Source of the DNA: Geobacter sp. UBA4074
GTDB taxonomy: Bacteria > Desulfobacterota > Desulfuromonadia > Geobacterales > Pseudopelobacteraceae
Direction of reading: 5' to 3'
NCBI GenBank assembly: GCA_002383415.1
Contig: DFYU01000117.1
Span: 18,292-78,110 of the forward strand
DNA length: 59,819 nucleotides
The notes beneath the pieces were generated by a model, which did no database searches, was not told where the DNA came from, and saw only the letters and a program-made list of their open reading frames with translations. Below, piece after piece: positions 47,688 to 56,991 of this stretch. Both the position numbers and the translations under genes were made by a program. Numbering within the stretch: the stretch's first letter is position 1; the number at the start of each line of letters is the position of its first letter.

Positions 47688-48748
47688 GCCGGATTGCGGT
47701 CGCCATGAGCGGCGGGGTGGATTCATCAGTCACCGCCGCCCTGCTGAAACAGCAGGGACATGAACTGATCGGCATCACCATGCACCTGTTTGAGCCCCAA
47801 AGCTGCGGGGCTGGCTCAGCGGTTGACGATGCGGCGCGGGTGGCGCAACAGCTGGGTATCGAACACCATGTTGCCGACTTCGAACTGCCGTTCAAAGAGC
47901 AGGTGATTGACGACTTTATCAGCCAGTACCGTCAGGGACAGACTCCCAACCCGTGCGTCTGCTGCAACCGCTCGATCAAGTTCGGTCTGCTGCTGGACAG
48001 GGCCCGCGAGCTGGGGGCCGACCTGCTGGCCACCGGGCACTATGCGCAAAAAACCGTTGACCCGGATGGCACCTGCCACCTGCGGGTTGCCGCCAACCGG
48101 GCCAAGGACCAGTCCTACTTCCTCTACACCCTTACCCAGCAGCAGCTGGCCCGGGTGCTCTTTCCGCTGGGCGCTATCGAGAGCAAGGACGAGGTGCGTC
48201 GGCTGGCTGAGCAATTCGGCCTGGACGTGGCCCACAAAGGGGACAGCCAGGAGGTCTGCTTCATCCCCGGTGATGACTACGTTGCATTTCTGGAAGGCCA
48301 TGGAGTTAAGGCGCACCGCGGGGAGATCGTCCATGTTGACGGCACGGTGCTGGGCCGCCACCAGGGCACCCACCGCTACACCATCGGCCAGCGCAAGGGG
48401 CTGGGGATCGGCTGGAGCGAACCGTTGTATGTGATTGCCATCGATGCCGCCAGCAACCGGGTGGTGGTGGGTGAGCAGCCCCATGTCCTGACCGCCGGCC
48501 TGCTGGCGGAGGCGATGACCTGGATCATCCCACCGCAAGCGCCGACCTTCGCAACCAGCTGCAAGATACGCTACCGTCACCAACCGGTGCCCTGCCAGGT
48601 TACGCTTGCGGCCGACAACCGCTGCAGGGTACTGTTCGACCACCACCAGAAGTCGGTCACGCCAGGGCAGTTTGTGGTCTTCTACCAGGACGACCAGGTG
48701 CTGGGCGGCGGGCGGATCGTTGCGCCCGTGGTTGCTGGCCACCCGTAA
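47684..48748 (+). CDS. mnmA: tRNA-specific 2-thiouridylase MnmA
   Basis: AMSGGVDS, TPNPCVCCN, ATGHY, KDQSYFL, DSQEVCF, TIGQRKG. Confidence 0.97.
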   Translation: MSRIAVAMSGGVDSSVTAALLKQQGHELIGITMHLFEPQSCGAGSAVDDAARVAQQLGIEHHVADFELPFKEQVIDDFISQYRQGQTPNPCVCCNRSIKFGLLLDRARELGADLLATGHYAQKTVDPDGTCHLRVAANRAKDQSYFLYTLTQQQLARVLFPLGAIESKDEVRRLAEQFGLDVAHKGDSQEVCFIPGDDYVAFLEGHGVKAHRGEIVHVDGTVLGRHQGTHRYTIGQRKGLGIGWSEPLYVIAIDAASNRVVVGEQPHVLTAGLLAEAMTWIIPPQAPTFATSCKIRYRHQPVPCQVTLAADNRCRVLFDHHQKSVTPGQFVVFYQDDQVLGGGRIVAPVVAGHP

Positions 48749-48754
48749 TCCCGT

Positions 48755-48784
48755 TTGACATTGCGGTCTGCGTTCTGTTACAAA
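48755..48784 (+). promoter_or_regulatory. Putative sigma70 promoter of the cob operon
   Basis: TTGACA followed ~18 nt later by TGT-TACAAA. Confidence 0.5.
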
Positions 48785-48789
48785 AATTG

Positions 48790-48890
48790 CTCGTGTGACT
48801 GGATCAGGGGAAGGGGGTGCGACTCCCCCGCTGTCCCGCAACTGTAACAGGGCCTGTCCCTGGAGCCAGAATACCTGCCAGTCACCAGCT
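48790..48890 (+). ncRNA. Cobalamin (B12) riboswitch
   Basis: GGGAA..GGTGCGACTCC..CGCTGTCCCGCAACTGTAA..GAGCCAGAATACCTGCC, closing GTGACTGG/CCAGTCAC stem; upstream of cobU. Confidence 0.9.
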
Positions 48891-48941
48891 TGACCTGCCT
48901 CCGGGGAGAGAGGCATCCAAGCCGGCTTACACGCGACACAC

Positions 48942-48970
48942 CACCTGTCCCCCAACGGACAGGTTTTTTT
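48942..48970 (+). terminator. Riboswitch expression-platform terminator
   Basis: ACCTGTCC-CCAAC-GGACAGGTTTTTTT just upstream of cobU. Confidence 0.85.
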
Positions 48971-48987
48971 GTTTCTGAAAGGCGGCC

Positions 48988-49521
48988 ATGGCACCCACCA
49001 CCCTGATCACCGGCGGCGTTCGCAGCGGCAAGAGCCGCTTTGCCGAGCAGCAGACCCTGCGCTATCAACCGCCGCTCTGCTACCTGGCCACCGCCCAGGC
49101 CCTCGACGACGAGATGGAGGAACGGATCGCCCAGCACCGGGCCCGGCGCGGTGCCGACTGGCAAACCGTGGAGGAGCCGCTGGCCTTGCCCCAGACCCTG
49201 GCCCGGCTGGACGGCACCTACGGCGCCATTCTGGTTGACTGTGTCACCCTCTGGCTGACCAACCTGCTGTTGGCCCGCGATCAGAACGACACCGAACGTA
49301 ACGAACAGATTGTCGGTACTGTCCACCGTCTGGCCACCACCCTGCGCGCCATGCAAACACCGGTGATTCTGGTGACCAACGAGGTGGGCATGGGCATCGT
49401 ACCGGAGCACCGGTTGGGCCGCCTGTTCTGCGACCTGGCCGGTCAGACCAACCAGATTCTGGCCGCCAGCTGCGACGAGGTCTACACCCTGATCTGCGGC
49501 CTGCCGCTCAAGCTCAAATAA
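48988..49521 (+). CDS. cobU: Adenosylcobinamide kinase/guanylyltransferase
   Basis: GGVRSGKS, YLATA, RI..H..RR, EEP, VTNEVG.GIVP. Confidence 0.96.
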   Translation: MAPTTLITGGVRSGKSRFAEQQTLRYQPPLCYLATAQALDDEMEERIAQHRARRGADWQTVEEPLALPQTLARLDGTYGAILVDCVTLWLTNLLLARDQNDTERNEQIVGTVHRLATTLRAMQTPVILVTNEVGMGIVPEHRLGRLFCDLAGQTNQILAASCDEVYTLICGLPLKLK

Positions 49522-49539
49522 CCCAAGGAACCGAACTCC

Positions 49540-50592
49540 ATGCAACGTCTCGAAACCGTTCTGAACCGGATCACCCCGCTCGATGCCGGCCTGCTGGCTG
49601 CCACCCAGGCGCGACTGGACTGCAAGACCAAGCCATTGGGCTCACTGGGCAGACTGGAAGAGTTTGCCTGCCGGCTGGTGGCCATCAGTGGCCAGCAGCA
49701 ACCCGACCTGACAAAGAAGGTGATCTTCACCTTTGCCGCTGACCACGGCATCACCGAGGAGGGGGTCTCGCTCTACCCCAAAGCGGTGACCGCCCAGATG
49801 GTCTTTAATTTCCTGCAGGGCGGCGCCGGTGTAAACGTCTTGGCCCGCCATGCCGGGGCCGAGGTTCGGGTGGTGGATGTGGGGGTAGACCATGATTTCG
49901 GAGGCTGCCCCGGCCTGATTCACCGGAAGGTTGCCCGCGGTAGCGCCAACTTCGCCCAGGGACCGGCCATGAGCCGCGACCAGATGCTGGCGGCACTTAT
50001 GGTGGGCATCGAGCTGGCCGATCAGTGCAAGGTAGAAGGGGTCGGCCTGGTGGGCACCGGCGAGATGGGGATCGGCAACACCAGCCCCTCCTCGGCCATC
50101 ATCGCCGCCTTGAGTGGCCTTTCGGTGGAACAGGTTACCCACCGCGGCACCGGCATTGGCAACCAGGCGTTGGCCCTCAAGCTGGCCGCCATCACCAGGG
50201 GGCTGGCAATCAACAAGCCCGACCCCCGCGACCCGCTGGACGTGCTGCAGAAGGTAGGTGGCCTGGAGATCGCCGCCATCGCCGGCTTGGTGCTGGGCTG
50301 CGCCGCCAACAGCATCCCGGTCGTGGTGGACGGCTTTATCTCTACTGCCGGCGCCCTGATCGCCGCAGAGCTGCATCCCAACCTGCGTGACTACCTGTTT
50401 GCCGCCCACGAATCAGTTGAGGTGGGGCACCGTTTCATGCTGGAACGGATCGGCGTCAAACCGATCCTTGATCTTGGTCTTCGCCTGGGTGAAGGGACCG
50501 GCGGGGCGCTGGCCATGACCCTGATCGAGGCCGGGGTCAAGATCCTGGCTGAGATGGCCACCTTTGAACAGGCCGGCGTGGCCGCCCACTGA
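49540..50592 (+). CDS. cobT: Nicotinate-nucleotide--dimethylbenzimidazole phosphoribosyltransferase
   Basis: [32 protein letters not shown]. Confidence 0.97.
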   Translation: MQRLETVLNRITPLDAGLLAATQARLDCKTKPLGSLGRLEEFACRLVAISGQQQPDLTKKVIFTFAADHGITEEGVSLYPKAVTAQMVFNFLQGGAGVNVLARHAGAEVRVVDVGVDHDFGGCPGLIHRKVARGSANFAQGPAMSRDQMLAALMVGIELADQCKVEGVGLVGTGEMGIGNTSPSSAIIAALSGLSVEQVTHRGTGIGNQALALKLAAITRGLAINKPDPRDPLDVLQKVGGLEIAAIAGLVLGCAANSIPVVVDGFISTAGALIAAELHPNLRDYLFAAHESVEVGHRFMLERIGVKPILDLGLRLGEGTGGALAMTLIEAGVKILAEMATFEQAGVAAH

Positions 50593-50600
50593 AGGTCATC

Positions 50601-51353
50601 ATGCGCCACCTGCTGCTCGCCCTGCAGTTCCTGACTATTCTGCCGCTACCGTCGCCGAAGCAGTGCGCAGCTGAAGACCTGGGCCGTTCCACAGCCTGGT
50701 TTCCGCTGGCAGGCTTTTTGATTGGCGGGCTGCTCTGGCTGGCCGACCTGGCCCTGGCGCCGATCTTTCCACGCCAGCTGACCGATGCCCTGCTGGTGAC
50801 CTTGCTGGCCCTGATCACCGGCGGTCTGCACCTGGACGGCCTGGCCGATGTCTGCGACGGCCTGGCAGCCCGGGGCGACAAGCAGCGCTTCCTGGAGGTC
50901 ATGAAGGATTCGCGGGTCGGCGCCATCGGCGTGACCGGGTTAATGCTGGGATTGCTCATCAAGTACGCAGCCCTGCTGGCGGTGCCGATGGACCTTAAAC
51001 GGCCGGTCCTGCTGGCAGTGCCGGCACTGGCGCGCTTTGCCCAGCTGGTGGTGCTGGCCGGCAGCCGGTCGGCCCGTCCGGATGGCCTGGGCAGCGCCTT
51101 TCTGGTCGGCCTGGGCCCCAGCCAACTCGTGTTGGCCACGGCAACCATCCTGCCGCTGGCCTGGTTCAGCCTCCAGTTTACCGGCCTTGTGGCCTGGCTG
51201 GTCGTGACACTGTGGGCGCTGCTGACCCGCTGGTACTTCACCCGCCGCCTGGGCGGCATCAGCGGCGACATCGTCGGCTGCACCTCGGAACTCGCCGAAT
51301 TGCTTGCACTGCTTGCCGTTGTTGCCACAACGGCCATTCTAACCAGGATTTGA
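50601..51353 (+). CDS. cobS: Adenosylcobinamide-GDP ribazoletransferase
   Basis: FLTILP, TGGLHLDGLAD..DG, MKDSRVGA.G, GGISGD..G. Confidence 0.96.
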   Translation: MRHLLLALQFLTILPLPSPKQCAAEDLGRSTAWFPLAGFLIGGLLWLADLALAPIFPRQLTDALLVTLLALITGGLHLDGLADVCDGLAARGDKQRFLEVMKDSRVGAIGVTGLMLGLLIKYAALLAVPMDLKRPVLLAVPALARFAQLVVLAGSRSARPDGLGSAFLVGLGPSQLVLATATILPLAWFSLQFTGLVAWLVVTLWALLTRWYFTRRLGGISGDIVGCTSELAELLALLAVVATTAILTRI

Positions 51354-51360
51354 GCCAATT

Positions 51361-51963
51361 ATGACCGCATTCACCCGCATCTACCTGATCCGCCACGGCC
51401 AAGTGGTTGGCCATGAACAACGCCGTTACAACGGCCACCATGACGTGGCCCTGACCGACCTGGGGGTCGAACAGTACCACCAGCTGAAAGACCGCCTGTC
51501 CGACAAGCGGATCTCGGCCTGTTACTCCAGCGATCTGACCCGCTGCCGGATCGGCGCCGACATCATCTGCCAGCAGTTTGGCATTCAGCCGGTGCATCGC
51601 AGCGAGCTGCGCGAACTGAACATCGGCATCTGGGAGAGTCTGACCTGGCAGGAGATTCAGGGCCGCTGGCCCACAGAATGGCAGGCCCGCCTCAATGATC
51701 TGGTCAACTATCGGGTGCCGCAAGGGGAAAACCTGCTGGATCTGCACAACCGGGCCATGCCGGTGGTACAAGAAGTGCTGGAACGGCACCAGGGCCAGGA
51801 GATACTGCTGGTGGGGCACGGCGGCCTGAACCGGATCATCCTGCTGAACGCCATCGGTGCGCCGTTGGCCAATATGTTCAACATTGAACAAAACTACGGC
51901 TGCCTGAATATCATCGATTACTATCCGGACGGACGGGCCACGGTGAAGCTGCTCAACGGCTAG
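51361..51963 (+). CDS. cobC: Alpha-ribazole phosphatase
   Basis: LIRHG, SSDL.RC, LRE...G.WE, GHGG; operon context. Confidence 0.9.
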   Translation: MTAFTRIYLIRHGQVVGHEQRRYNGHHDVALTDLGVEQYHQLKDRLSDKRISACYSSDLTRCRIGADIICQQFGIQPVHRSELRELNIGIWESLTWQEIQGRWPTEWQARLNDLVNYRVPQGENLLDLHNRAMPVVQEVLERHQGQEILLVGHGGLNRIILLNAIGAPLANMFNIEQNYGCLNIIDYYPDGRATVKLLNG

Positions 51964-51987
51964 CGCCGTGACGGCATGCTACACACC

Positions 51988-52020
51988 AAAACGGCCTGCG
52001 GAGATCTCCGCAGGCCGTTT
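51988..52020. terminator. Bidirectional terminator
   Basis: Long palindrome AAACGGCCTGCGGAGATCTCCGCAGGCCGTTT. Confidence 0.85.
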
Positions 52021-52046
52021 ATACTTCAAGCTATCTAGCAATCGAA

Positions 52047-52436
52047 CTACTGGCCTTCAGCGGCCGTTTCAGGCGCACCGCCCTGCATAAACTCGGCCTG
52101 AGCCTTGAGCACGGACTGCATCTGGCCCAGCTGCTCACCAAGCCAGGCGTGAATCATGGCTGCGGTCTGGAAGTTCATGGTGACCCCGGTCTCAATGAAA
52201 CGGACCATGGTGCCGTTCAGGTTTTTGGGGTCGGCCTCGGTCATGGCGCCAATGCCACCTTCGGGGGTGATCTCGTGGGTTACTTCCTTGGGCAGGGCCG
52301 GACGCTCCTGATAAAAATGCATGACCAGCTCACCACGGGGGGTGAAACCGCCCTGTACGCCGTTGGTGTAGGTCGGGTTGTAGGTGTAGTTAAAGATGTA
52401 GTTAAAGTTGATCTCCGGTTTGCGCTGATGACTCAT
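52047..52436 (-). CDS. Conserved hypothetical protein (DUF3467-like)
   Basis: YNPTYTNG..GG.TP.GE....FY.ER motif; GAGGA RBS. Confidence 0.7.
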   Translation of the reverse strand: MSHQRKPEINFNYIFNYTYNPTYTNGVQGGFTPRGELVMHFYQERPALPKEVTHEITPEGGIGAMTEADPKNLNGTMVRFIETGVTMNFQTAAMIHAWLGEQLGQMQSVLKAQAEFMQGGAPETAAEGQ

Positions 52437-52609
52437 TGATCTTGATTCCTCTCCGTTTTTTATCAAAAAGCCCTGTTGCTATAGCACATCCCCCACTCGG
52501 CTGGCAAGGTCTTGCTCGGCAAGCCCGATCCTTGACACCCTTTCCCCCCCCTGCTACAAACGGATGCAGCGTTTTACACTCAAGCAGTCACCCCAAGGAG
52601 GTTCACACC

Positions 52610-53083
52610 ATGCACCAACTCTGGACCAAGACACTTTGCCTGCTGATCACACTGACCATGTTCGCCACCTGCGCCTTTGCTGTTGAGCCGATGCTGCCGA
52701 ACCCTAAAGATGCAGCAAAGGCACGAATAGCTGAATCAAAATCCGCTGCCAAGGCTGAAGCAGCCAAGGCGACGGCAACCAAAGACGCTGTCAAGGCCAG
52801 CGCAAGCGACACCAAGGCCGCCGCAAAAGCCAAGACTGCAGATGCCAAAGCAGCTGCCAAGACCAAGGCTGCCAGCCTGACCCAGGTCGACATCAACAGC
52901 GCCAGCGAGGCCGAGCTGAAGGCGATACCCGGCATTGGCGAAGCCTACGCCGCCAAGATCGTTGCCGGCCGTCCCTATGCCAAGAAGGATCAGCTGAAGT
53001 CGCGCAACATCCTGCCCGGTCCGGCCTACGATCAGGTGAAAGACCACCTCATCGCCAAGCAGCCTGCCCCCAAGAAAAAATAG
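52610..53083 (+). CDS. ComEA-family helix-hairpin-helix protein
   Basis: Signal peptide, Ala/Lys-rich linker, VDINSAS..EL..IPGIG...A.KI. Confidence 0.88.
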   Translation: MHQLWTKTLCLLITLTMFATCAFAVEPMLPNPKDAAKARIAESKSAAKAEAAKATATKDAVKASASDTKAAAKAKTADAKAAAKTKAASLTQVDINSASEAELKAIPGIGEAYAAKIVAGRPYAKKDQLKSRNILPGPAYDQVKDHLIAKQPAPKKK

Positions 53084-53121
53084 ACGCCGCGTCCGCTTCA
53101 AAAAAACACCATTTAACCTGT

Positions 53122-53148
53122 AAGGGCAGCCACTCGGCTGCCCTTTTT
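53122..53148 (+). terminator. Rho-independent terminator
   Basis: AAGGGCAGCC-ACTC-GGCTGCCCTTTTT. Confidence 0.85.
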
Positions 53149-53215
53149 GTCTGCTTGACTTTACGCCAGCTGGCCCCTATTGTGTGTATTTCCTACGAAC
53201 TATCAGGGAGTTGCA

Positions 53216-54637
53216 ATGAAGCCGCTTTTTTTGAACCCCCCCACCTTTGAGGATTTTGATGGAGGCGCCGGCGCACGCTATCAGGCATCCCGCGAGGTGA
53301 CCTCATTCTGGTATCCCACCTGGCTCTGTTTCCCGGCCGGCATGATCGCCGGCAGCCGGGTGGTGGACGCCCCGGTTCAAAAACTCAGCCTAGACGACTG
53401 CCTTAACATCGCCAAAGGGTTCGATATGGTGGTGCTGTACACCTCCACCCCCACCCTGGCGATCGATATCGAGACCGCGCGACGGATCAAGGAGGTCAAG
53501 CCGGACATCATCACCGTACTGACCGGCCCCCATGTCACTATCCTGCCGGAGGAATCGCTCAAGGCAGGCCAAGGGGCCATCGACATCGTCTGCCGTGGCG
53601 AATTCGACTACTCCACCAAAGAGTTGTGCGAGGGGCGTGACTGGGCAAAGGTCGACGGTATCAGCTTCATCAAGGACGGCACAACCATCCACACCCCGGA
53701 CCGCCCGCTGATCGAGAACCTTGACGAGCTGCCCTTTGTGGTGCCGGTCTATAAGCGCGATCTGCCGATCAAAGACTACGTCATCCCCCACTTTAAAAGC
53801 CCCTACGTCTCGATTTATTCCAGCCGCGGCTGCCCGTCCAGGTGCATCTACTGCCTCTGGCCCCAGACCTTTTCCGGCCAGCGGATGCGCACCCGTTCGC
53901 CGCAGAACGTCTTTGAAGAGGTCAAATGGATCGTGGACAACATCCCGGAGATGCGGGAGTTGTCCTTTGACGACGACACCTTTACCGCCAACCGCCAGCA
54001 CGCCCGCGAGATAGCCGGCCTGCTCAAGCCGCTGGGCATCTCCTGGACCATCAACGCTCGCGCCAACTGCGACTATGAGACCCTCAAGATCATGCGCGAG
54101 GCAGGTCTGCGCCATGTGGTGGTGGGCTATGAGACCGGTAACGAGCAGATCCTGAAGAACATCAAGAAGGGGATCACCAAAGAGCAGGCGATCCAGTTCA
54201 CCAAGGACTGCAAGAAACTGGGGCTGTCGATCCACGGCGCCTTCATCATGGGCCTGCCGGGCGAGAGCCGCGAGACGATCCGCGAGACCATCGAGTTTGC
54301 CAAGCAGCTGGACCTGAACTCGATCCAGGCCTCGCTGGCCTCACCCTACCCCGGCACTGAATTTTACCGCCTGGCCAAGGAGCGGGGCTGGATCGCTTCG
54401 GATGATTTCATCGACAGTACCGGCCACCAGAAATGCGTGATCAACTACCCCCAGCTGAGCAACGCCGAGATCTTCAACTCGGTGGAGGAGTTCTACAACA
54501 AGTTCTACTTCAGGCCCAGCTACATCCTGCGCAGTATCGGCAGGATGATCGTGGACAGCGAAGAACGTAACAAGCTGCTCAAAGAAGGCCGGCAGTATCT
54601 GAACTACATGCAGAAACGCCGTGCGGGGCACTGTTGA
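53216..54637 (+). CDS. hpnJ: Hopanoid biosynthesis associated radical SAM protein HpnJ
   Basis: FDGGAGARYQA.RE..SFWYP N-terminus, RGCPSRCIYCLWPQT. Confidence 0.93.
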   Translation: MKPLFLNPPTFEDFDGGAGARYQASREVTSFWYPTWLCFPAGMIAGSRVVDAPVQKLSLDDCLNIAKGFDMVVLYTSTPTLAIDIETARRIKEVKPDIITVLTGPHVTILPEESLKAGQGAIDIVCRGEFDYSTKELCEGRDWAKVDGISFIKDGTTIHTPDRPLIENLDELPFVVPVYKRDLPIKDYVIPHFKSPYVSIYSSRGCPSRCIYCLWPQTFSGQRMRTRSPQNVFEEVKWIVDNIPEMRELSFDDDTFTANRQHAREIAGLLKPLGISWTINARANCDYETLKIMREAGLRHVVVGYETGNEQILKNIKKGITKEQAIQFTKDCKKLGLSIHGAFIMGLPGESRETIRETIEFAKQLDLNSIQASLASPYPGTEFYRLAKERGWIASDDFIDSTGHQKCVINYPQLSNAEIFNSVEEFYNKFYFRPSYILRSIGRMIVDSEERNKLLKEGRQYLNYMQKRRAGHC

Positions 54638-55500
54638 GACGGCTGATCGTCACTGCCGACGACTTCGGCCTGTCAAGCGGCGTTAACCGCGCCGTAGAGC
54701 TGGCCTGGCAACAGGGCATTCTGACCCAGACCTCGCTGATGGCGGGCGGCACAGCCTTTGATGAGGCGGTAGCGATCGCCAGACGCAACCCCGGCCTGCA
54801 GGTGGGGCTGCACCTGACCCTGGTGCAGGGGCGGCCGGTGCTGCCGCCGGAACAGATTCCCGGCCTGGTGGGGCCCGATGGCCGCTTTCCCGACAACCCG
54901 GTGGCGGTCGGCATGAGGCTGTTCTTTGACCCGACGCTACGCATGCAACTACGGGCCGAGATTGAGGCCCAGATCAACAAGATCAAACAGGCCGGCATCC
55001 CGCTCTCACATATCGACGGCCACCTCAACATCCAGATGCACCCCACGGTGTTTGCCCTGTTGATCGAGCTGATGCCGCTGCACGGCATTACCAGCTTCCG
55101 GATCACCCGCGAACGCCTGTTGAGGAACCTGCGGCACGACCGTTCCCGGATCGTCGGCAAGACGATGGAACGCCTGATCTTTGGCGCCCTGTCCGCCCAT
55201 GCTGTCCCCAGCCTCACGTGGCACGGCATCGTGCATGCCGCCGAGGTCAAAGGAATACTCAATTCGGGCCACATTACGGAAGCATACCTGCTGGCGGTGC
55301 TGAAGGAACTGAGCTCCGGCACCACCGAACTCTACCTGCACCCCGGCTGTCTGCCGGATGACGAGATCAGCCGGCGCATGCCCAACTACCGGCATGAGCA
55401 GGAGCTGGCAGCGCTGCTTTCTCCGGCCGTCAAGCAGCGTCTCAGGGAGCTGGACATCCGCTTGTGCAACTATCGGGGAGACGAAAAAAGCTATGTTTAA
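54634..55500 (+). CDS. hpnK: Hopanoid biosynthesis associated protein HpnK (YdjC/ChbG deacetylase)
   Basis: LIVTADDFG, GLHLTL, HIDGH, ELYLHPG; overlaps hpnJ. Confidence 0.9.
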   Translation: MRRLIVTADDFGLSSGVNRAVELAWQQGILTQTSLMAGGTAFDEAVAIARRNPGLQVGLHLTLVQGRPVLPPEQIPGLVGPDGRFPDNPVAVGMRLFFDPTLRMQLRAEIEAQINKIKQAGIPLSHIDGHLNIQMHPTVFALLIELMPLHGITSFRITRERLLRNLRHDRSRIVGKTMERLIFGALSAHAVPSLTWHGIVHAAEVKGILNSGHITEAYLLAVLKELSSGTTELYLHPGCLPDDEISRRMPNYRHEQELAALLSPAVKQRLRELDIRLCNYRGDEKSYV

Positions 55501-55933
55501 GACCATCGTACTGATGTTGATAGCGGTGACCGCCGGCACCGTGGGTGATCTGCTGCTGGCCAAGGGGATGAAGGAGTTGGGCGACCTTTCCACCATGAAT
55601 CTGCGCGGCATCATGGAGGTGGCGCTACGGGCCATGACTGAATGGAAGATCGTGGTGGGCACCGCCATGCTGGCACTGTTCTTCTTTCTGTGGTTGGCGG
55701 TGCTCTCCTGGGAAGATCTGTCGGTGGCACTGCCGCTACAGGCCCTCAACTACGTACTGGTGGCGTTGTTGGCCAAGTATCTACTGCACGAACAGGTCTC
55801 ACCGCTACGCTGGGCCGGCATCATCCTGGTCTGTATCGGGGTGATGCTGATCACCAAAAGCAGCGCCGACACCAAGCAAACGGCAACCGAGCTGGCGACT
55901 GTCAGCAGCAATGAATCTGAGACAAGGGGATAA
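55493..55933 (+). CDS. EamA/SMR-type small membrane transporter (ArnE/F-like)
   Basis: Four TMs, DLSVALP, L.E.VS..RW.G. Confidence 0.85.
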   Translation: MFKTIVLMLIAVTAGTVGDLLLAKGMKELGDLSTMNLRGIMEVALRAMTEWKIVVGTAMLALFFFLWLAVLSWEDLSVALPLQALNYVLVALLAKYLLHEQVSPLRWAGIILVCIGVMLITKSSADTKQTATELATVSSNESETRG

Positions 55934-55936
55934 CGC

Positions 55937-56758
55937 ATGCTTCAGAACAACACCATCGGCTTCATCGGCGGCGGCAACATGGCCGAGGCGATCATCAAAG
56001 GACTGGTGGCCGGCGGCATGGCGCCGCACAACATTGTGGTCTCCGACCCGGTGTTGGATCGCCGCGCCCACCTGGCCACGAGCCTTCAGGTGCGCACCAG
56101 CGACGACAACAGCGAGGTGGCCAAAGAGGCCGATCTGATCGTGCTGGCCATCAAACCGCAGTTGGCGGCCAGTGTGTTGTCATCGCTCGAGGGGGCAGTC
56201 ACGCCTCAAAAACTGGTGGTCTCAATCATGGCCGGCATCTCCACCACCTTTATCGAAGAGTCACTCCTGAATGGCTGCCGCGTGGTACGCGCCATGCCCA
56301 ACACCCCCGCCCTGGTACAAACCGGAGCCACCGCCATCTGCGGCGGGCGGCGGGCAACCGCTGAAGACATCGAGACTGCGCGCGAACTGTTTCATCTGGT
56401 GGGGACCGTCTATCAGGTCGCTGAAAAACAGATGGATGCCGTAACCGGGGTTTCCGGCAGTGGACCGGCCTACGCCTTTACCTTCATCGAGGCGCTGGCA
56501 GACGCCGGTGTCAAAAACGGACTGACGCGGGAAGTGTCGGTTGGACTGGCCGTGCAGACCGTTTTGGGGGCCGCACGCCTGGTGCAGGAGAGTGGCGAGC
56601 ATCCGGCGGTGCTGCGCGACCGGGTCAGCTCGCCGGGTGGCACCACCATCGCCGCCCTGCATGCCCTTGAAAATGGCCGCTTCCACGGCCTGATCATGGA
56701 CGCGGTGGATGCGGCAGTCAAACGATCCAAGGAACTGGCCGGCATCAAACTGCTGTAG
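55937..56758 (+). CDS. proC: Pyrroline-5-carboxylate reductase
   Basis: IGGGNMA, LAIKPQ, RAMPNTP, SGSGPAY, SPGGTT. Confidence 0.97.
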   Translation: MLQNNTIGFIGGGNMAEAIIKGLVAGGMAPHNIVVSDPVLDRRAHLATSLQVRTSDDNSEVAKEADLIVLAIKPQLAASVLSSLEGAVTPQKLVVSIMAGISTTFIEESLLNGCRVVRAMPNTPALVQTGATAICGGRRATAEDIETARELFHLVGTVYQVAEKQMDAVTGVSGSGPAYAFTFIEALADAGVKNGLTREVSVGLAVQTVLGAARLVQESGEHPAVLRDRVSSPGGTTIAALHALENGRFHGLIMDAVDAAVKRSKELAGIKLL

Positions 56759-56782
56759 CAACAGAACAACCTCAGCAACGTG

Positions 56783-56816
56783 AAAGCGGGTGCAGCCCCT
56801 TGGCTGCACCCGCTTT
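56783..56816. terminator. Bidirectional terminator
   Basis: AAAGCGGGTGCAGCC-CCTT-GGCTGCACCCGCTTT. Confidence 0.85.
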
Positions 56817-56817
56817 G

Positions 56818-56991
56818 TCATGTCCCCTGTTTGCTGTTCAGCTGTTCGTACAAGGCGATCTGCTCAGCCTGCGACAACTGCCGCTTGCAACACCCCCTCT
56901 TGAGACAGAGGTGACAACGGTCATCGGAGCACCACTGACAAAAGCTGCAGTCAGGACAGGGGTGCTTCTTGGGGGGACTCGCATCGCTCAA
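56818..56991 (-). CDS. 57-aa Cys-rich microprotein (not in ORF track)
   Basis: TTG start overlapping upstream TGA; MSDASPPKKHPCPDCSFCQWCSDDRCHLCLKRGCCKRQLSQAEQIALYEQLNSKQGT; stop abuts terminator. Confidence 0.75.
   Translation of the reverse strand: MSDASPPKKHPCPDCSFCQWCSDDRCHLCLKRGCCKRQLSQAEQIALYEQLNSKQGT

Noticed and set aside
52720..52875. Repetitive Ala/Lys-rich coding stretch
   Set aside because: Ordinary low-complexity linker of a ComEA-like protein.
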